A stretch of DNA of 64,000 nucleotides from an uncultured Planctomycetaceae bacterium (GTDB lineage Bacteria > Planctomycetota > Planctomycetia > Planctomycetales > Planctomycetaceae). Shown in pieces: positions 1 to 11,105 of this stretch. Below the pieces are notes generated by a model, which worked only from the letters and a program-made list of their open reading frames with translations, was not told the origin of the DNA and made no database searches. Numbering within the stretch: the stretch's first letter is position 1; every line of letters starts with the position of its first letter. The position numbers were made by a program, and so were the translations under genes. Location: NCBI GenBank assembly GCA_963813715.1, contig CAWFAK010000005.1, positions 288,001 through 352,000 on the forward strand, given 5' to 3'.

Positions 1-539
1 GAAAGCACGACCGTCAGCACTTTGACGATCACGCCGTCGACGAACTGGCGGACAGCGTTCACGTCGCCCGCGGCCCGATTAATGATCGAGCTGCTCTGGC
101 TGCGGTCGAAGAAGCGGAAGCTGAGCCGCTGCAGCTTGTCGTAAACGTCGGAGCGCAGCTGCACGAGCACCCGCTGGCTGAGCGCGGCGACGGCGATTGC
201 TGCGGCATACCGCAGCGTGGCCGTGAGCATGGCGACCAGCAGGATGCAGCCGGCGATCAATTCCAGGACGTGCGTGCTCGACCAGTCGTGGGCGAAGCCG
301 AACGCCGCCGGCAGATGGCGGGGCGTCACCGGGCTACGCAGCTCCTGGCCGATGAAGTCGATACCGACGCCCGTCAGTCCCAGTCCGGCGAGGCTGGAGG
401 CCACCACAATGATTTGCAGCACGACGACCTGCGTGCAGCCCCAGCGGTAGCGCCACGTTAACGCGAGCATGCGGGAGATGAGCGACCAATTGGACGGCGG
501 CTCGATGCTCGCAAGGGCGGACGGATCCGAAGTCGGCAT
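1..539 (-). CDS. ABC transporter ATP-binding/permease protein, N-terminal transmembrane part (runs off the window edge)
   Basis: Manual translation from ATG at 539: MPTSDP...hydrophobic segments...QLRSDVYDKLQRLSFRFFDRSQSSSIINRAAGDVNAVRQFVDG, typical of ABC exporter membrane domains. Confidence 0.85.
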   Translation of the reverse strand, partial: MPTSDPSALASIEPPSNWSLISRMLALTWRYRWGCTQVVVLQIIVVASSLAGLGLTGVGIDFIGQELRSPVTPRHLPAAFGFAHDWSSTHVLELIAGCILLVAMLTATLRYAAAIAVAALSQRVLVQLRSDVYDKLQRLSFRFFDRSQSSSIINRAAGDVNAVRQFVDGVIVKVLTVVL

Positions 540-738
540 GATCTCTACGGGGGGTGGCGGAGACTAAAAGTCGTATCCTAGGGATTGCCCGAACTTCGAC
601 AACATCGAATCTCCCGAGGGTCCGCGGTCTTCTCAGCTTTTTAAGAAAGGCACCTACGCGACGTACCGGTAGAAGCTGTCCGCACTCACCGAAAGGCGTG
701 ACTTTGCCGCGAGAGCCTACGCATCGGCGGCAAACTTG

Positions 739-793
739 CTGCCAAATCGGCAGAGTCGGTGGACAATCCGAGCGAGACTTGGCAAATTGGCAG
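739..793. promoter_or_regulatory. Two related palindromic sites, candidate upstream activator (enhancer) sequences
   Basis: CTGCCAAATCGGCAG (739-753) and TTGGCAAATTGGCAG (779-793), 40 bp apart, upstream of a -24/-12 element. Confidence 0.5.
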
Positions 794-860
794 ATTCCCC
801 GACAGGAAGCTCAACGCTCTAATTTCCGCGGGCACTGGAACTTACGGTTCTGTGAGCACT

Positions 861-877
861 TAGGCACACGGTTCGCG
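861..877 (+). promoter_or_regulatory. Candidate sigma54 (-24/-12) promoter of groESL
   Basis: TAGGCACACGGTTCGCG: GG(863-864)-N10-GC(875-876) with a GGCAC core, about 90 bp upstream of the groES ATG. Confidence 0.6.
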
Positions 878-965
878 ATGCTCCCCACCCGTTAGATACT
901 CTCGCTGCACTTTCCAAGCGCGCCCGGCAGCCACGGGCCGCTTGCCGTCATCCTAGGAGAAGCTG

Positions 966-1292
966 ATGAGCGCTACGACGAAGAAGGCCGGCAAAGAAAA
1001 GACCTCGACTCGGATTGTTCCCTTGGGCGACCGGGTGGTGCTGAAGCGAGCCAGCGCCGAGGGCAAGACCAAGGGGGGCATCGTGCTTCCGGATACCGCC
1101 AAGGACAAGCCGCAGAAGGGCGAAGTGATCGCGGTCGGCGATGGCTACATCCGCGATGACGGCTCCCGCGTTCCGCTCACCGTGAAGGAAGGCGACGACG
1201 TCATTTTCAGCGCTTACGGCGGCGAGGAAATCCGCGTCGGCGAGGAAGAGTATCTGCTGCTCCGCGAGAGCGACATTTTGGCGACCTTCTAA
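966..1292 (+). CDS. groES: Co-chaperonin GroES
   Basis: [34 protein letters not shown] and ESDILA motifs; AGGAG RBS upstream. Confidence 0.97.
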   Translation: MSATTKKAGKEKTSTRIVPLGDRVVLKRASAEGKTKGGIVLPDTAKDKPQKGEVIAVGDGYIRDDGSRVPLTVKEGDDVIFSAYGGEEIRVGEEEYLLLRESDILATF

Positions 1293-1467
1293 TAAGTCGG
1301 CGCACGCCGTTCGACCGCGCTCTGACGGCTTCTCGACTGCGAGAGTCTCGACTGTGAAAGATTCCCGACCCGGCGCCTGTGATGCGGCCCAGTCGGTGCG
1401 AATAACGTCCCCCGTATAAAACACGCCCGGCCCCCCGGGATCAACGAATCTGAGGAGTGAGAGTTCC

Positions 1468-3084
<1,617 letters not shown>

Positions 3085-3117
3085 TTCCTAACCTGGCGCA
3101 AGCCAGTCTCCATATCG

Positions 3118-3155
3118 AAGACGCCCGGGTCACAAGCCCGGGCGTTTTCGTTTTT
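3118..3155 (+). terminator. Rho-independent terminator after groEL
   Basis: AAGACGCCCGGG-loop-CCCGGGCGTTTT hairpin followed by CGTTTTT. Confidence 0.85.
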
Positions 3156-3274
3156 GGGGACACGCGAAGCGAAACAGCTCCATGTTATCATCAGGGCGAG
3201 CGGCCGGTGTCAGCCGGCCGGTTCTTGACCTTGGGCTCACGTTCCGACCCCTTTCGCTTGGAACCCGCGCCACC

Positions 3275-3472
3275 ATGTCGAACAACAATTTCAAACCCCG
3301 CAAGTTCGAGGACTTTGAAATCGTCGACCCCGACGGGCTCGTTGTCGGACACATCCGCGTCAAACCCAGCGGCGTCCTGTGGGCCCGGGCGAATTCCAAG
3401 GTCTGGCACGGCGTGGGCCTCAATCGCTTCGCGCAGTTCATGGAAGCCCGGGGCCGCAAGCAAAAGAAGTGA
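3275..3472 (+). CDS. Small hypothetical protein (65 aa)
   Basis: MSNNNFKPRKFEDFEIVDPDG...RKQKK; protein-like composition and GC3-rich codons. Confidence 0.7.
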   Translation: MSNNNFKPRKFEDFEIVDPDGLVVGHIRVKPSGVLWARANSKVWHGVGLNRFAQFMEARGRKQKK

Positions 3473-3684
3473 TCGTGGCCAGCCGCATCGCGATCCAAAT
3501 CGCGAAACCGCGCCGGCCAGAGATTTTTCTTTGAACGGCCCTCGTACGGCTGTAGAATCGCGCAGTCGTTTTTCCCGCGGTGTTTGCCGAGCTTGATTTT
3601 CCCTCTTTCGGACGCCCATTCCGACGTCAGTTGTCCGCGCATCACAGCCGCCGCGCAGTTACTGCGCGAGAGAAGGTCGCCCGC

Positions 3685-4614
3685 ATGAAGCAGGTTGCAT
3701 GCACCGAATGCCAGCAGCTGGCCCCGATCGGCGAGACGTTGCTCGTTAAGCAGCAGCACGTCTGCAGCTCGTGCGTCGAGGGTGTGCTGGCGCAGGCCGC
3801 CGAAAAGGGCATTACCAAGAACGACGTCTTCCGTGCCAGCGACCCGACCGTCTGCACGCAGTGCAAGGCGGACAACGGCGCCGAGGAACTGCCACATCTG
3901 GCAGGAATGCCAGTTTGTGCCACATGTGAAGACCGTTTCCGAAACCGGCCTTATCCCACCTGGCTGAAACTGGCGTTCATCGGCCTGCTGACGCTGGCCG
4001 TCTTTTCGTTCGGGTGGAATTGGCGGTTCCTGGCGGCGACGCGGGAAATCCACCAGATGCAACGCGCTCTCCTCAAGCAGGACTTCGAAAGAGCGGCCAA
4101 CTTTGCCGACCAGGCTAGCCGTCACGTCCCCGAGATTCCCGAGTTCGCGGGAATGGCCGCGTTCAATCATGGCCTCGATGCGCTCGCGAAAGACCAAGCG
4201 GCGCAGGCGGTCGATTACCTGAGGAAAGCCAAGCAGAGTCCGAACAGCGGACAACTGCCCGACGTCGATCTTTTCTTGCTCCGGGCGGAAGCGATCGCGG
4301 CATTCGACGCCAAGCAGTACGACGACTATCTCGCCAAAGCCAAGGCTCTGATCGGGCGGACGCCCGGCGACTCGAGCGCGGTGGCGATGGTCGCGTCAGC
4401 CTATGCGTGCAAGTATGCGGTCACCGGGAACGAGGAATTTCGCAACGAGGCCCTCAAGAATTTGGAGCGGGCCGCCAAGATGGCGGGCAAGGATCCGGAC
4501 GCGGCCAACTATCGCGAGCGCATTCTTTACCGGATCGACACTCGCGAGATCCTGACCCGCAAGGAATTCGAGCGCCGCTTTCCCCACGGTTACCAGCCCA
4601 AGGCAAAGCCATGA
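3685..4614 (+). CDS. Membrane protein with four CxxC motifs, one TM helix and a TPR-like helical C-terminus
   Basis: CTEC, CSSC, CTQC and CATC; hydrophobic WLKLAFIGLLTLAVFSFGW; Ala-rich amphipathic helical repeats. Confidence 0.8.
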   Translation: MKQVACTECQQLAPIGETLLVKQQHVCSSCVEGVLAQAAEKGITKNDVFRASDPTVCTQCKADNGAEELPHLAGMPVCATCEDRFRNRPYPTWLKLAFIGLLTLAVFSFGWNWRFLAATREIHQMQRALLKQDFERAANFADQASRHVPEIPEFAGMAAFNHGLDALAKDQAAQAVDYLRKAKQSPNSGQLPDVDLFLLRAEAIAAFDAKQYDDYLAKAKALIGRTPGDSSAVAMVASAYACKYAVTGNEEFRNEALKNLERAAKMAGKDPDAANYRERILYRIDTREILTRKEFERRFPHGYQPKAKP

Positions 4615-5147
4615 TCATCATTCCCGGCTTTCTGATCGCGCTGGTGACCTTTCCCGGCGTGATCGTGCACGAAGCGGCCCATCTCTTCTTTTGCAAGCTG
4701 CGCCGGGTCGCCGTCTTCGACGTCTGCTACTTTCGCATCGGCAATCCGTCTGGCTACGTGATCCACGAAGTGCCCGACAGTTTCACCTCGTCGTTTCTGA
4801 TCGCGGTCGGGCCGTTCATCATCAATTCGTTCTTGTGTGTTTTGTTTTGCTTCCCGGCGCTGGTGCCGGTGCGGATGTTCAATCAACCGGATCCCCTCTG
4901 TTACTTTCTGATCTGGCTGGGAATCTCGATCGGCATGCACGCCTTCCCGTCGACGCAGGATGCCAAAGTGCTCTGGCAGCAGGCCAAGAAGGCTGCCGCC
5001 AAATTCAATCCGCTGGCCCTGTTGAGTTTTCCGCTCGTGATCCTGATCTACATCGCCAATCTGCTGCGGATCCTCTGGGCGGATTACCTCTACGGATTCG
5101 CGATTGGCTTTGTGATTCCGGAGATGATCCTCAACCGGATGCTTTGA
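4611..5147 (+). CDS. Small membrane protein with HExxH motif (putative zincin/M50-like metalloprotease)
   Basis: FPGVIVHEAAH, IAVGPF and HAFPSTQD; several TM segments; ATGA overlap with the upstream stop. Confidence 0.8.
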   Translation: MIIIPGFLIALVTFPGVIVHEAAHLFFCKLRRVAVFDVCYFRIGNPSGYVIHEVPDSFTSSFLIAVGPFIINSFLCVLFCFPALVPVRMFNQPDPLCYFLIWLGISIGMHAFPSTQDAKVLWQQAKKAAAKFNPLALLSFPLVILIYIANLLRILWADYLYGFAIGFVIPEMILNRML

Positions 5148-5275
5148 GCGAAAGTGGCCCGTTGAGCCCGCTGAGCCGCGATTGGCATTCCTTGACCCGA
5201 TGCGGCGGCCGCCGTCACAATCGAGCCTGACGCCGCGGTCGATCAATACGCACCCTTTTCGGGGACGATGGTTCT

Positions 5276-6655
5276 ATGATTCGCAGCTTGTTGGCAGCCT
5301 GCATGCTTTTGGGATTGGCGGTCAGCGCCGCGGTGTCGACCCCGGCCTACGCCGACAACTGGCCGCAGTGGCGTGGTCCGCACAACAACGGAGTCTGCGA
5401 AGAAAAGAACTTGCCGACCAAGTTCGACAAGGCGCTCAATCTCGCCTGGCGATTTCCCCTGCCGGGGCCGGCGAGTTCGACGCCCGTGATCTGGGGCGAC
5501 CACATCTATCTCACCAGTCCCGAAAAGGACACGCTCCCTCGTTTTAAACAGGGACCGCAGGGTCGGGGGCGGGGCGGTCGCGGGGGCAGACGGGGGCAAG
5601 CCGAGCAGCAGGATTTGTTGCTGATGTGCCTGAGCACCGACGGGCACGAACTGTGGCGCCACGCCGTCGGGCACAGCAACCGCAACGTGATGATGGACGA
5701 AGGCAACCTCTGTTCGCCGTCGCCGGTCACCGATGGCGAGCACGTGTGGACGTTGATGGGCACGGGCAACCTGGCTTGCTATGACGCGAGCGGCAAGGAG
5801 GTCTGGAAACTCGACCTCGAGGCCAAGTACGGCCCGTTCAAATACAGCTATGGGCTCGCCTCCACGCCGTTGCTCGATGGCGATCGCCTGTATTTTCAAT
5901 TCATTCACGGCCAACAGACGACGCATCCGACGAACGAGGGGTTTGTGCTCGCGCTCGACAAGGCCACGGGCAAAGAAATTTGGAAGCAGATGCGGATCAC
6001 CGACGGCTATCGGGAGAACCAGCACTCCTACGCGTCGCCCATGATTTACGACGACGGCAAGATGCGTCTGCTGTTGACCCACGGCGACGACTACATCATC
6101 GCGCATCGGCTCGACACGGGGAAAGAAGTCTGGCGCTGCGGTGGCATCAACCCCAAGGAAAACTACAACGAAACGCTCCGCCTGGTGGCATCACCGGCGG
6201 TCGAAGACGGAACGATCATCGTTCCCTCCGCGAAGCGCGGCCCCGTGATTGCCCTCCGCGGCGAGGGCAGCGGCGACATCACCGGGTCGAAGGACTTTCA
6301 AATCTGGAAACGGTCGCGGGGAACTCCTGACGTTCCCTCTCCGCTGATTCACGACGGGCTCGTCTACCTCGACGGCGAGATGGGCGTCCTCACCGTGGTC
6401 GACGCGAAGAGCGGCGACGAAATCTATCAGAAGCACACGGTCGACGTGCGACATCGGGCGTCGCCTGTTTACGCTGACGGCAAGGTCTATCTGACGTCGC
6501 ACGAAGGCGACGTGACCGTGATCGCAGCGGGCCGCCATTACAAGCTGCTCGAAAAGAACGAGCTGGGCGAAACGATCTCCGCGTCGCCGGCCATTTCCAA
6601 CGGGCGAATTTACTTCCGCACGTACGACGCGCTCTGGGCCGTCGGATCGAAGTAG
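5276..6655 (+). CDS. PQQ-like/BamB-like beta-propeller protein, secreted
   Basis: Signal peptide, NWPQWRGP start and repeated SP...G...W blade motifs; family is expanded in Planctomycetes. Confidence 0.9.
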   Translation: MIRSLLAACMLLGLAVSAAVSTPAYADNWPQWRGPHNNGVCEEKNLPTKFDKALNLAWRFPLPGPASSTPVIWGDHIYLTSPEKDTLPRFKQGPQGRGRGGRGGRRGQAEQQDLLLMCLSTDGHELWRHAVGHSNRNVMMDEGNLCSPSPVTDGEHVWTLMGTGNLACYDASGKEVWKLDLEAKYGPFKYSYGLASTPLLDGDRLYFQFIHGQQTTHPTNEGFVLALDKATGKEIWKQMRITDGYRENQHSYASPMIYDDGKMRLLLTHGDDYIIAHRLDTGKEVWRCGGINPKENYNETLRLVASPAVEDGTIIVPSAKRGPVIALRGEGSGDITGSKDFQIWKRSRGTPDVPSPLIHDGLVYLDGEMGVLTVVDAKSGDEIYQKHTVDVRHRASPVYADGKVYLTSHEGDVTVIAAGRHYKLLEKNELGETISASPAISNGRIYFRTYDALWAVGSK

Positions 6656-6938
6656 TCTTCGCGATTGGCGCGAGACTCGCGGCGTGTCGGCGGCAAATTG
6701 CAGAGCGCGAATGATCGTCCGCGCGCGAAGCGTTCGCAAGCTGTGGGCAGTTTCTGCGCACTGGCCTGCTGTTGGCTGAGGATTGGCTGACGCATGTCTG
6801 CTTTTTAACGCGGTGCGCGGGCACTGTGGCTCCGATCGGCGACATTCGCCTTTGCACCCCTTGCCGCCAGTGATACACTCCGACCCCTCTCCCAAATTCC
6901 CTGTCAATTCCAGTTCTGTTCGTCCGGAGTCGTCTCTC

Positions 6939-7586
6939 ATGCTGGGGACCAGTCTGACGTTGTCTCAATATCTCGCTCGCACCAGCGCCGAATTCGCGGG
7001 GATCGAAACGTCCGCCGTCGAACGTCTGGCCGTCGAGATTCATTCAGCCTACGAAGAGGGACGCTTCGTGTTCCTCTGCGGCAACGGCGGAAGCGGAGCC
7101 AACGCATCGCACATTTGCGAGGACCTGGCCAAGTCGACTCTCGAGCGGACCGACTACTCCGATCCGGCACGCAAGCGGCTCAAGATCGTCAGCCTCACCG
7201 ACAACGTGGCGGCAATTCTGGCCTGGGGCAACGACGAAGGATTCGAGAGCGTCTTCGTCGAGCAACTCAAGAACCTGGCCTCCGCCGACGACATGCTCAT
7301 CGCCATTAGCGGCAGCGGAAACAGCGTGAATGTGCTCAACGCCACCGATTGGGCCAACCATGCCCGTCTGCGCACCTGGGGAATCACCGGCTACGACGGG
7401 GGCAAGCTCCGCGATCTGGCCCAGGAGTCGGTTCACATCCCCCTCAACGACATGGGCCTGGTCGAGTCGATCCACCTCTTGCTCTTCCATTGGGTTCTCG
7501 ACGACGTGCACGCGCGGATTTACTCCAAGGGACGCCACGCCCAAGCGCCCCGCCGCTCGTCGTCGGCGCGGCGAAAAGTCGCCTGA
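6939..7586 (+). CDS. SIS-domain phosphoheptose isomerase (GmhA-like)
   Basis: CGNGGSGANASH, AWGNDEGFESVFVEQL, ISGSGNS, TGYDGGKL and ESIH motifs. Confidence 0.85.
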   Translation: MLGTSLTLSQYLARTSAEFAGIETSAVERLAVEIHSAYEEGRFVFLCGNGGSGANASHICEDLAKSTLERTDYSDPARKRLKIVSLTDNVAAILAWGNDEGFESVFVEQLKNLASADDMLIAISGSGNSVNVLNATDWANHARLRTWGITGYDGGKLRDLAQESVHIPLNDMGLVESIHLLLFHWVLDDVHARIYSKGRHAQAPRRSSSARRKVA

Positions 7587-7615
7587 GAGCGCGGCAAAGG
7601 ACGAGCAGAAGAGGC

Positions 7616-8548
7616 TCAGTCGAGGTGCTTCTTCCGGATCGGCTCGTTCTCGCGGTCGGCCTCGCGCCTTGCGCGGGAATCGCGAACGCTGCGCGCAACC
7701 CGCTCGAGCACCTGCTGAGCCCGCCGTTCGCCATCCGAGCCGGCAAACTGCAGCGCGGTTGTCATGTTGGTCTGCAGGATCTGCAGTCGCTTGCGATGAG
7801 ACTCGAAGTTGCGCTGAATCTGGAGCAAGTTGTCCACCGGGCGGCGCGGCAGCACGATTTGATCGTACGTGCTGTGGAACCATTCGCGTTTGCCAGCGTT
7901 GCTGGTTTCGCCGGTATCGTGCTCCTTGATAAATCGGACCAGCTTTGCGGCACTGTCTTTGAGCCAGCGACGGGCTTCCTGCCAGTCGTTCTTGGCCTGG
8001 CGATCGCCGTGCATCCGCTCCTCGGGTGAGAGGTCCCGGTCCAAGGTCGTGACCCGAGTCAGCATCCCCGAAAGCTGTTTTCGCAGCAGGACCAGTTGTT
8101 TTTCGAGCAGCAGGCTCAGGGTCCAGTCGGTGTCGATCTGGTCGAAGACGTGTGCGAGTTCGGCCCCCGCGGCCGCTGGTGGCAGAGCATTGGCGGCGGG
8201 CTGCGGTGGGAGGTCCGCCACGTAGACGCAAATCTCCGGTTCGGCACCGACAGCGAGCGGTGGAATCGGCAGGTCCAAGACGGCGGGCAAGCCGCGCACG
8301 TCGACGGGAGTGCCGTAAACCGTCCAGCCGGTCACCTGACCCGGATCGATACTTGCTGCGTCCAACAACTGCCGGGCGGTCACCCCGGGCAGCCCATGTC
8401 CTGCTGGAAAGGTCTGCTCGGGCAGCCGGAGAACGACACAGTCGGGCGCCGTCGGCGGTTTAAACCAGGCCCAACAGAAACCGGCTTGCGATCCGGGCAG
8501 CGGAGTCTGTTCCCACTGAGTTGATGCTGGCCGCACCGCGAAAGACAT
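7616..8548 (-). CDS. Hypothetical protein with coiled-coil C-terminal half
   Basis: 310-aa ORF with protein-like composition; no family recognised. Confidence 0.75.
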   Translation of the reverse strand: MSFAVRPASTQWEQTPLPGSQAGFCWAWFKPPTAPDCVVLRLPEQTFPAGHGLPGVTARQLLDAASIDPGQVTGWTVYGTPVDVRGLPAVLDLPIPPLAVGAEPEICVYVADLPPQPAANALPPAAAGAELAHVFDQIDTDWTLSLLLEKQLVLLRKQLSGMLTRVTTLDRDLSPEERMHGDRQAKNDWQEARRWLKDSAAKLVRFIKEHDTGETSNAGKREWFHSTYDQIVLPRRPVDNLLQIQRNFESHRKRLQILQTNMTTALQFAGSDGERRAQQVLERVARSVRDSRARREADRENEPIRKKHLD

Positions 8549-8682
8549 GACTGGTCTTATAACCTTGAACCGCTGGGATGTGCTAAGAACTGTCCGTCGA
8601 CGAACTGCGCGAAGACGGCCGCGCCACGAGAATTTGTCTAAACTACCAGCGAATTGGCGTGAAAACTCGAACTGGTGCGATT

Positions 8683-9932
8683 ATGGCTGAAAGCAGGCCG
8701 AAACATCGCGAGTCGGCAATCTCAGGGGACCAAGCGGCCGGGCTTCCGGTGTCGGCTTTGCTCTCGCAGGCTCTGGTCGCATTCACGATCGAGTTCGATA
8801 ACGACTTCGAGCTGCGGATGCATAACGCGGGCTTTCCCGGCTCGCGGCTGTCGTTGGTGGTCTGGGCGAACCTGATGCGGTTTCTTTGCGATGGCGAGCG
8901 CTCCGTCAGCGATCTTGCGCGAGACGCTCTTACCTCGCCGGAGCGGCTCAAACATCAGCTCGGATGCCTGGAACGCTGGGGATTCATTGTTACCCATCCG
9001 AATCCGGATGCCGTCCGTCCGACGCCGAAGGCGCGAAGCGACACGTCGGCACCCGTCGCGACGGCTTCGGCAGTGGCCGCGGGATCCGCGGGGATTGGAT
9101 CGTTCGCCTCGCGCCGGCAGGCCAGAAAGCAGCAGAGATTTGGAAGCCACTGTCTAGGGAAATCGAAGGACGCTGGGAGGCGAGATTCGGCAAACGGCAA
9201 ATCGATGGATTGCGGAGCCCGCTGCGAGCAGTCGTCGACAAAGTTGAGTTTGAACTGCCACACGGGCTGCCGCCCACTTTGTTGGGGGTCGAGACGTTTC
9301 CGCCCCGCGTCGTGCGCGACACGGCCCAGCTCTCGTTGCCGGCACTCTTGTCGCGGGCACTGCTGGCGTTCGCAATCGAGTTCGAGCGCGAATCGATCGC
9401 GCCTCTCGAGCTGAGTGCCAACGTACTGCGGGTTTTGGGTAAGACGCCGATCCGGCTCGCGGAGCTTCCGCGCCTCACCGGCGGCTCGCCCGAACAAACG
9501 GACATCGGTTGGCAACTCAAACCCTACGTTGTGATTGAACCGGATCCAACCGGGAGTCGGGGAAAGGTGGTTAGACTGTCGCCGCGGGGGCTTGCGGCTC
9601 GACAGATTTATCGTGAACTCACGGTGGCAATCGAGAATCGCTGGGAGAAGAGAGTCGGCACGAAAGAGATCGGAAGCCTCCGACGCTCGCTTGCTGATCT
9701 CCTGGATCGGCGCCGTGGAAACCGGTCACTGCTGTCGCAAGGACTCGTTCCCCCAGCAGGTGTGGCGCGAGCCGGCGCCTCAGTGCCGTCGCTCGGCCGG
9801 CGGAAAGTCGGAGTCGCGGCGCGGAAGCGGCTGCGCGAGCTTGCGATCCAAACCGAAGACTTTGTCCGCGATCCAGTAGGCACCCTGCCGCATTATCCGA
9901 TGTGGGACATGAACCGGGGATTCGGTCCCTAA
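8683..9932 (+). CDS. Internally duplicated winged-helix (MarR-like) protein; frameshift near 9000-9050
   Basis: Two homologous halves (LLSQALVAFTIEFD and LLSRALLAFAIEFE; VRLAPAGQKA and VRLSPRGLAA) split across ORFs 8659-9414 and 8886-9932. Confidence 0.65.
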
Positions 9933-9969
9933 GACCCGCCCGCCCACCACAAAGCTACTTCGATCGCGG

Positions 9970-11103
9970 CTATTTACGACGGGGGGCGCCGCTCGGTGCG
10001 GGAGGGACGACCTTGGGCTTGGCCGGGTCCCCGTCGGCAGGCTCGTCGGTCGCCGCTTCGATCGGAGCGGCCGGGCCGCCGCGGAGCTCGCGGATCAGCA
10101 ATTTTACCGTGTCGGCCGGAACGGCGTACGTTTCGACTCGGCCGGCCCGGGCGATGTTGACGCCGACCGCTTTGCCCGAAAGATCGACGACCGCGCCGCC
10201 GCACATCTCCGGATTGAGCACCGTATCGTGCTGGATGGCTTGGGGAAATCCGGCGCGGCGACGGCTCATGCGGCCGCTCATCCGGTTCATCCAATAGCCA
10301 CGAATTGGAGGCGTGCCCGCCGCCCGCGCCACGACGGCATGCACGGTCAGCTGCTTGCCTCCGCGACGCACGACGACGTTGACGGTGTCTCCCGGAGCGA
10401 ACTTACGCAGGAGCTGGTCGAACGACTGCGGATTATCAACCCGCTGGTCGCCCGCTTTGACGATGACATCGCCGATTTGCACCCCGGCCCGCGCGGCCGC
10501 GCCGCCGGGGACCACGTTCGTCACTTTGGGACCGGCAGTCCCGTCGGAAAGCTGCAGGCCCAGGCCGCCTTTCTCCGGCGCGATCGGTCGGCGTCCAACG
10601 CTCACAATCCCGACTGCCACCGGGAGCTCTTCCATGCCGGGCGTCGCCAGCCACTGACCGACGTGCGGATCACGTACGTCCGACCATTCGACGACCGGCA
10701 AACCGGTCAATTCCACCTTGAGCAGCGCGACGTCGTAGCGGGTATGCATGCCGGCGATCGACGCGGGAACAACGCCGCGGCCCCGAATGCGGCACTGCAA
10801 GTCGTCGCTCAAGTCGCTGGCCTTGGTGAGAATGAAACCGTCAGGGCTGACGATCACTCCGAGGGCAATCTGCCGCCCGCCGACCAGCACGGCCACCGTC
10901 GACGCGTTGACGCCAGCGACCACAGAGCGGAACGCTTCGTGGACTTGCGTGCCGTCTTTCAGTTCGCTTTCGGGAAGCCGTCGTTCACCCGCCCTGACCG
11001 ACGCCTGTGCGACCGTCGCGAAGCAGGCCGCGATTGCTGCCAGTGCCAGCCAGCGGCGCCTGGATGGCCGCGCGATTCCGAACAGTTCGAACAAAGACGC
11101 CAC
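9970..11103 (-). CDS. Atypical trypsin-like (S1C) protein with internal PDZ domain
   Basis: GFILTKASDL, YDVALLK, PDZ (GLGLQL...GAAARAGVQIGDVI), then QHDTVLNPEMCGGAVVDLSGKAVGVN. Confidence 0.85.
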   Translation of the reverse strand: MASLFELFGIARPSRRRWLALAAIAACFATVAQASVRAGERRLPESELKDGTQVHEAFRSVVAGVNASTVAVLVGGRQIALGVIVSPDGFILTKASDLSDDLQCRIRGRGVVPASIAGMHTRYDVALLKVELTGLPVVEWSDVRDPHVGQWLATPGMEELPVAVGIVSVGRRPIAPEKGGLGLQLSDGTAGPKVTNVVPGGAAARAGVQIGDVIVKAGDQRVDNPQSFDQLLRKFAPGDTVNVVVRRGGKQLTVHAVVARAAGTPPIRGYWMNRMSGRMSRRRAGFPQAIQHDTVLNPEMCGGAVVDLSGKAVGVNIARAGRVETYAVPADTVKLLIRELRGGPAAPIEAATDEPADGDPAKPKVVPPAPSGAPRRK

Positions 11104-11105
11104 GG

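Noticed and set aside
6666..6680. Third sigma54-like element TGGCGCGAGACTCGC
   Set aside because: It lacks the GGCAC core, lies about 260 bp from the next start, and GG-N10-GC is frequent by chance in GC-rich DNA.
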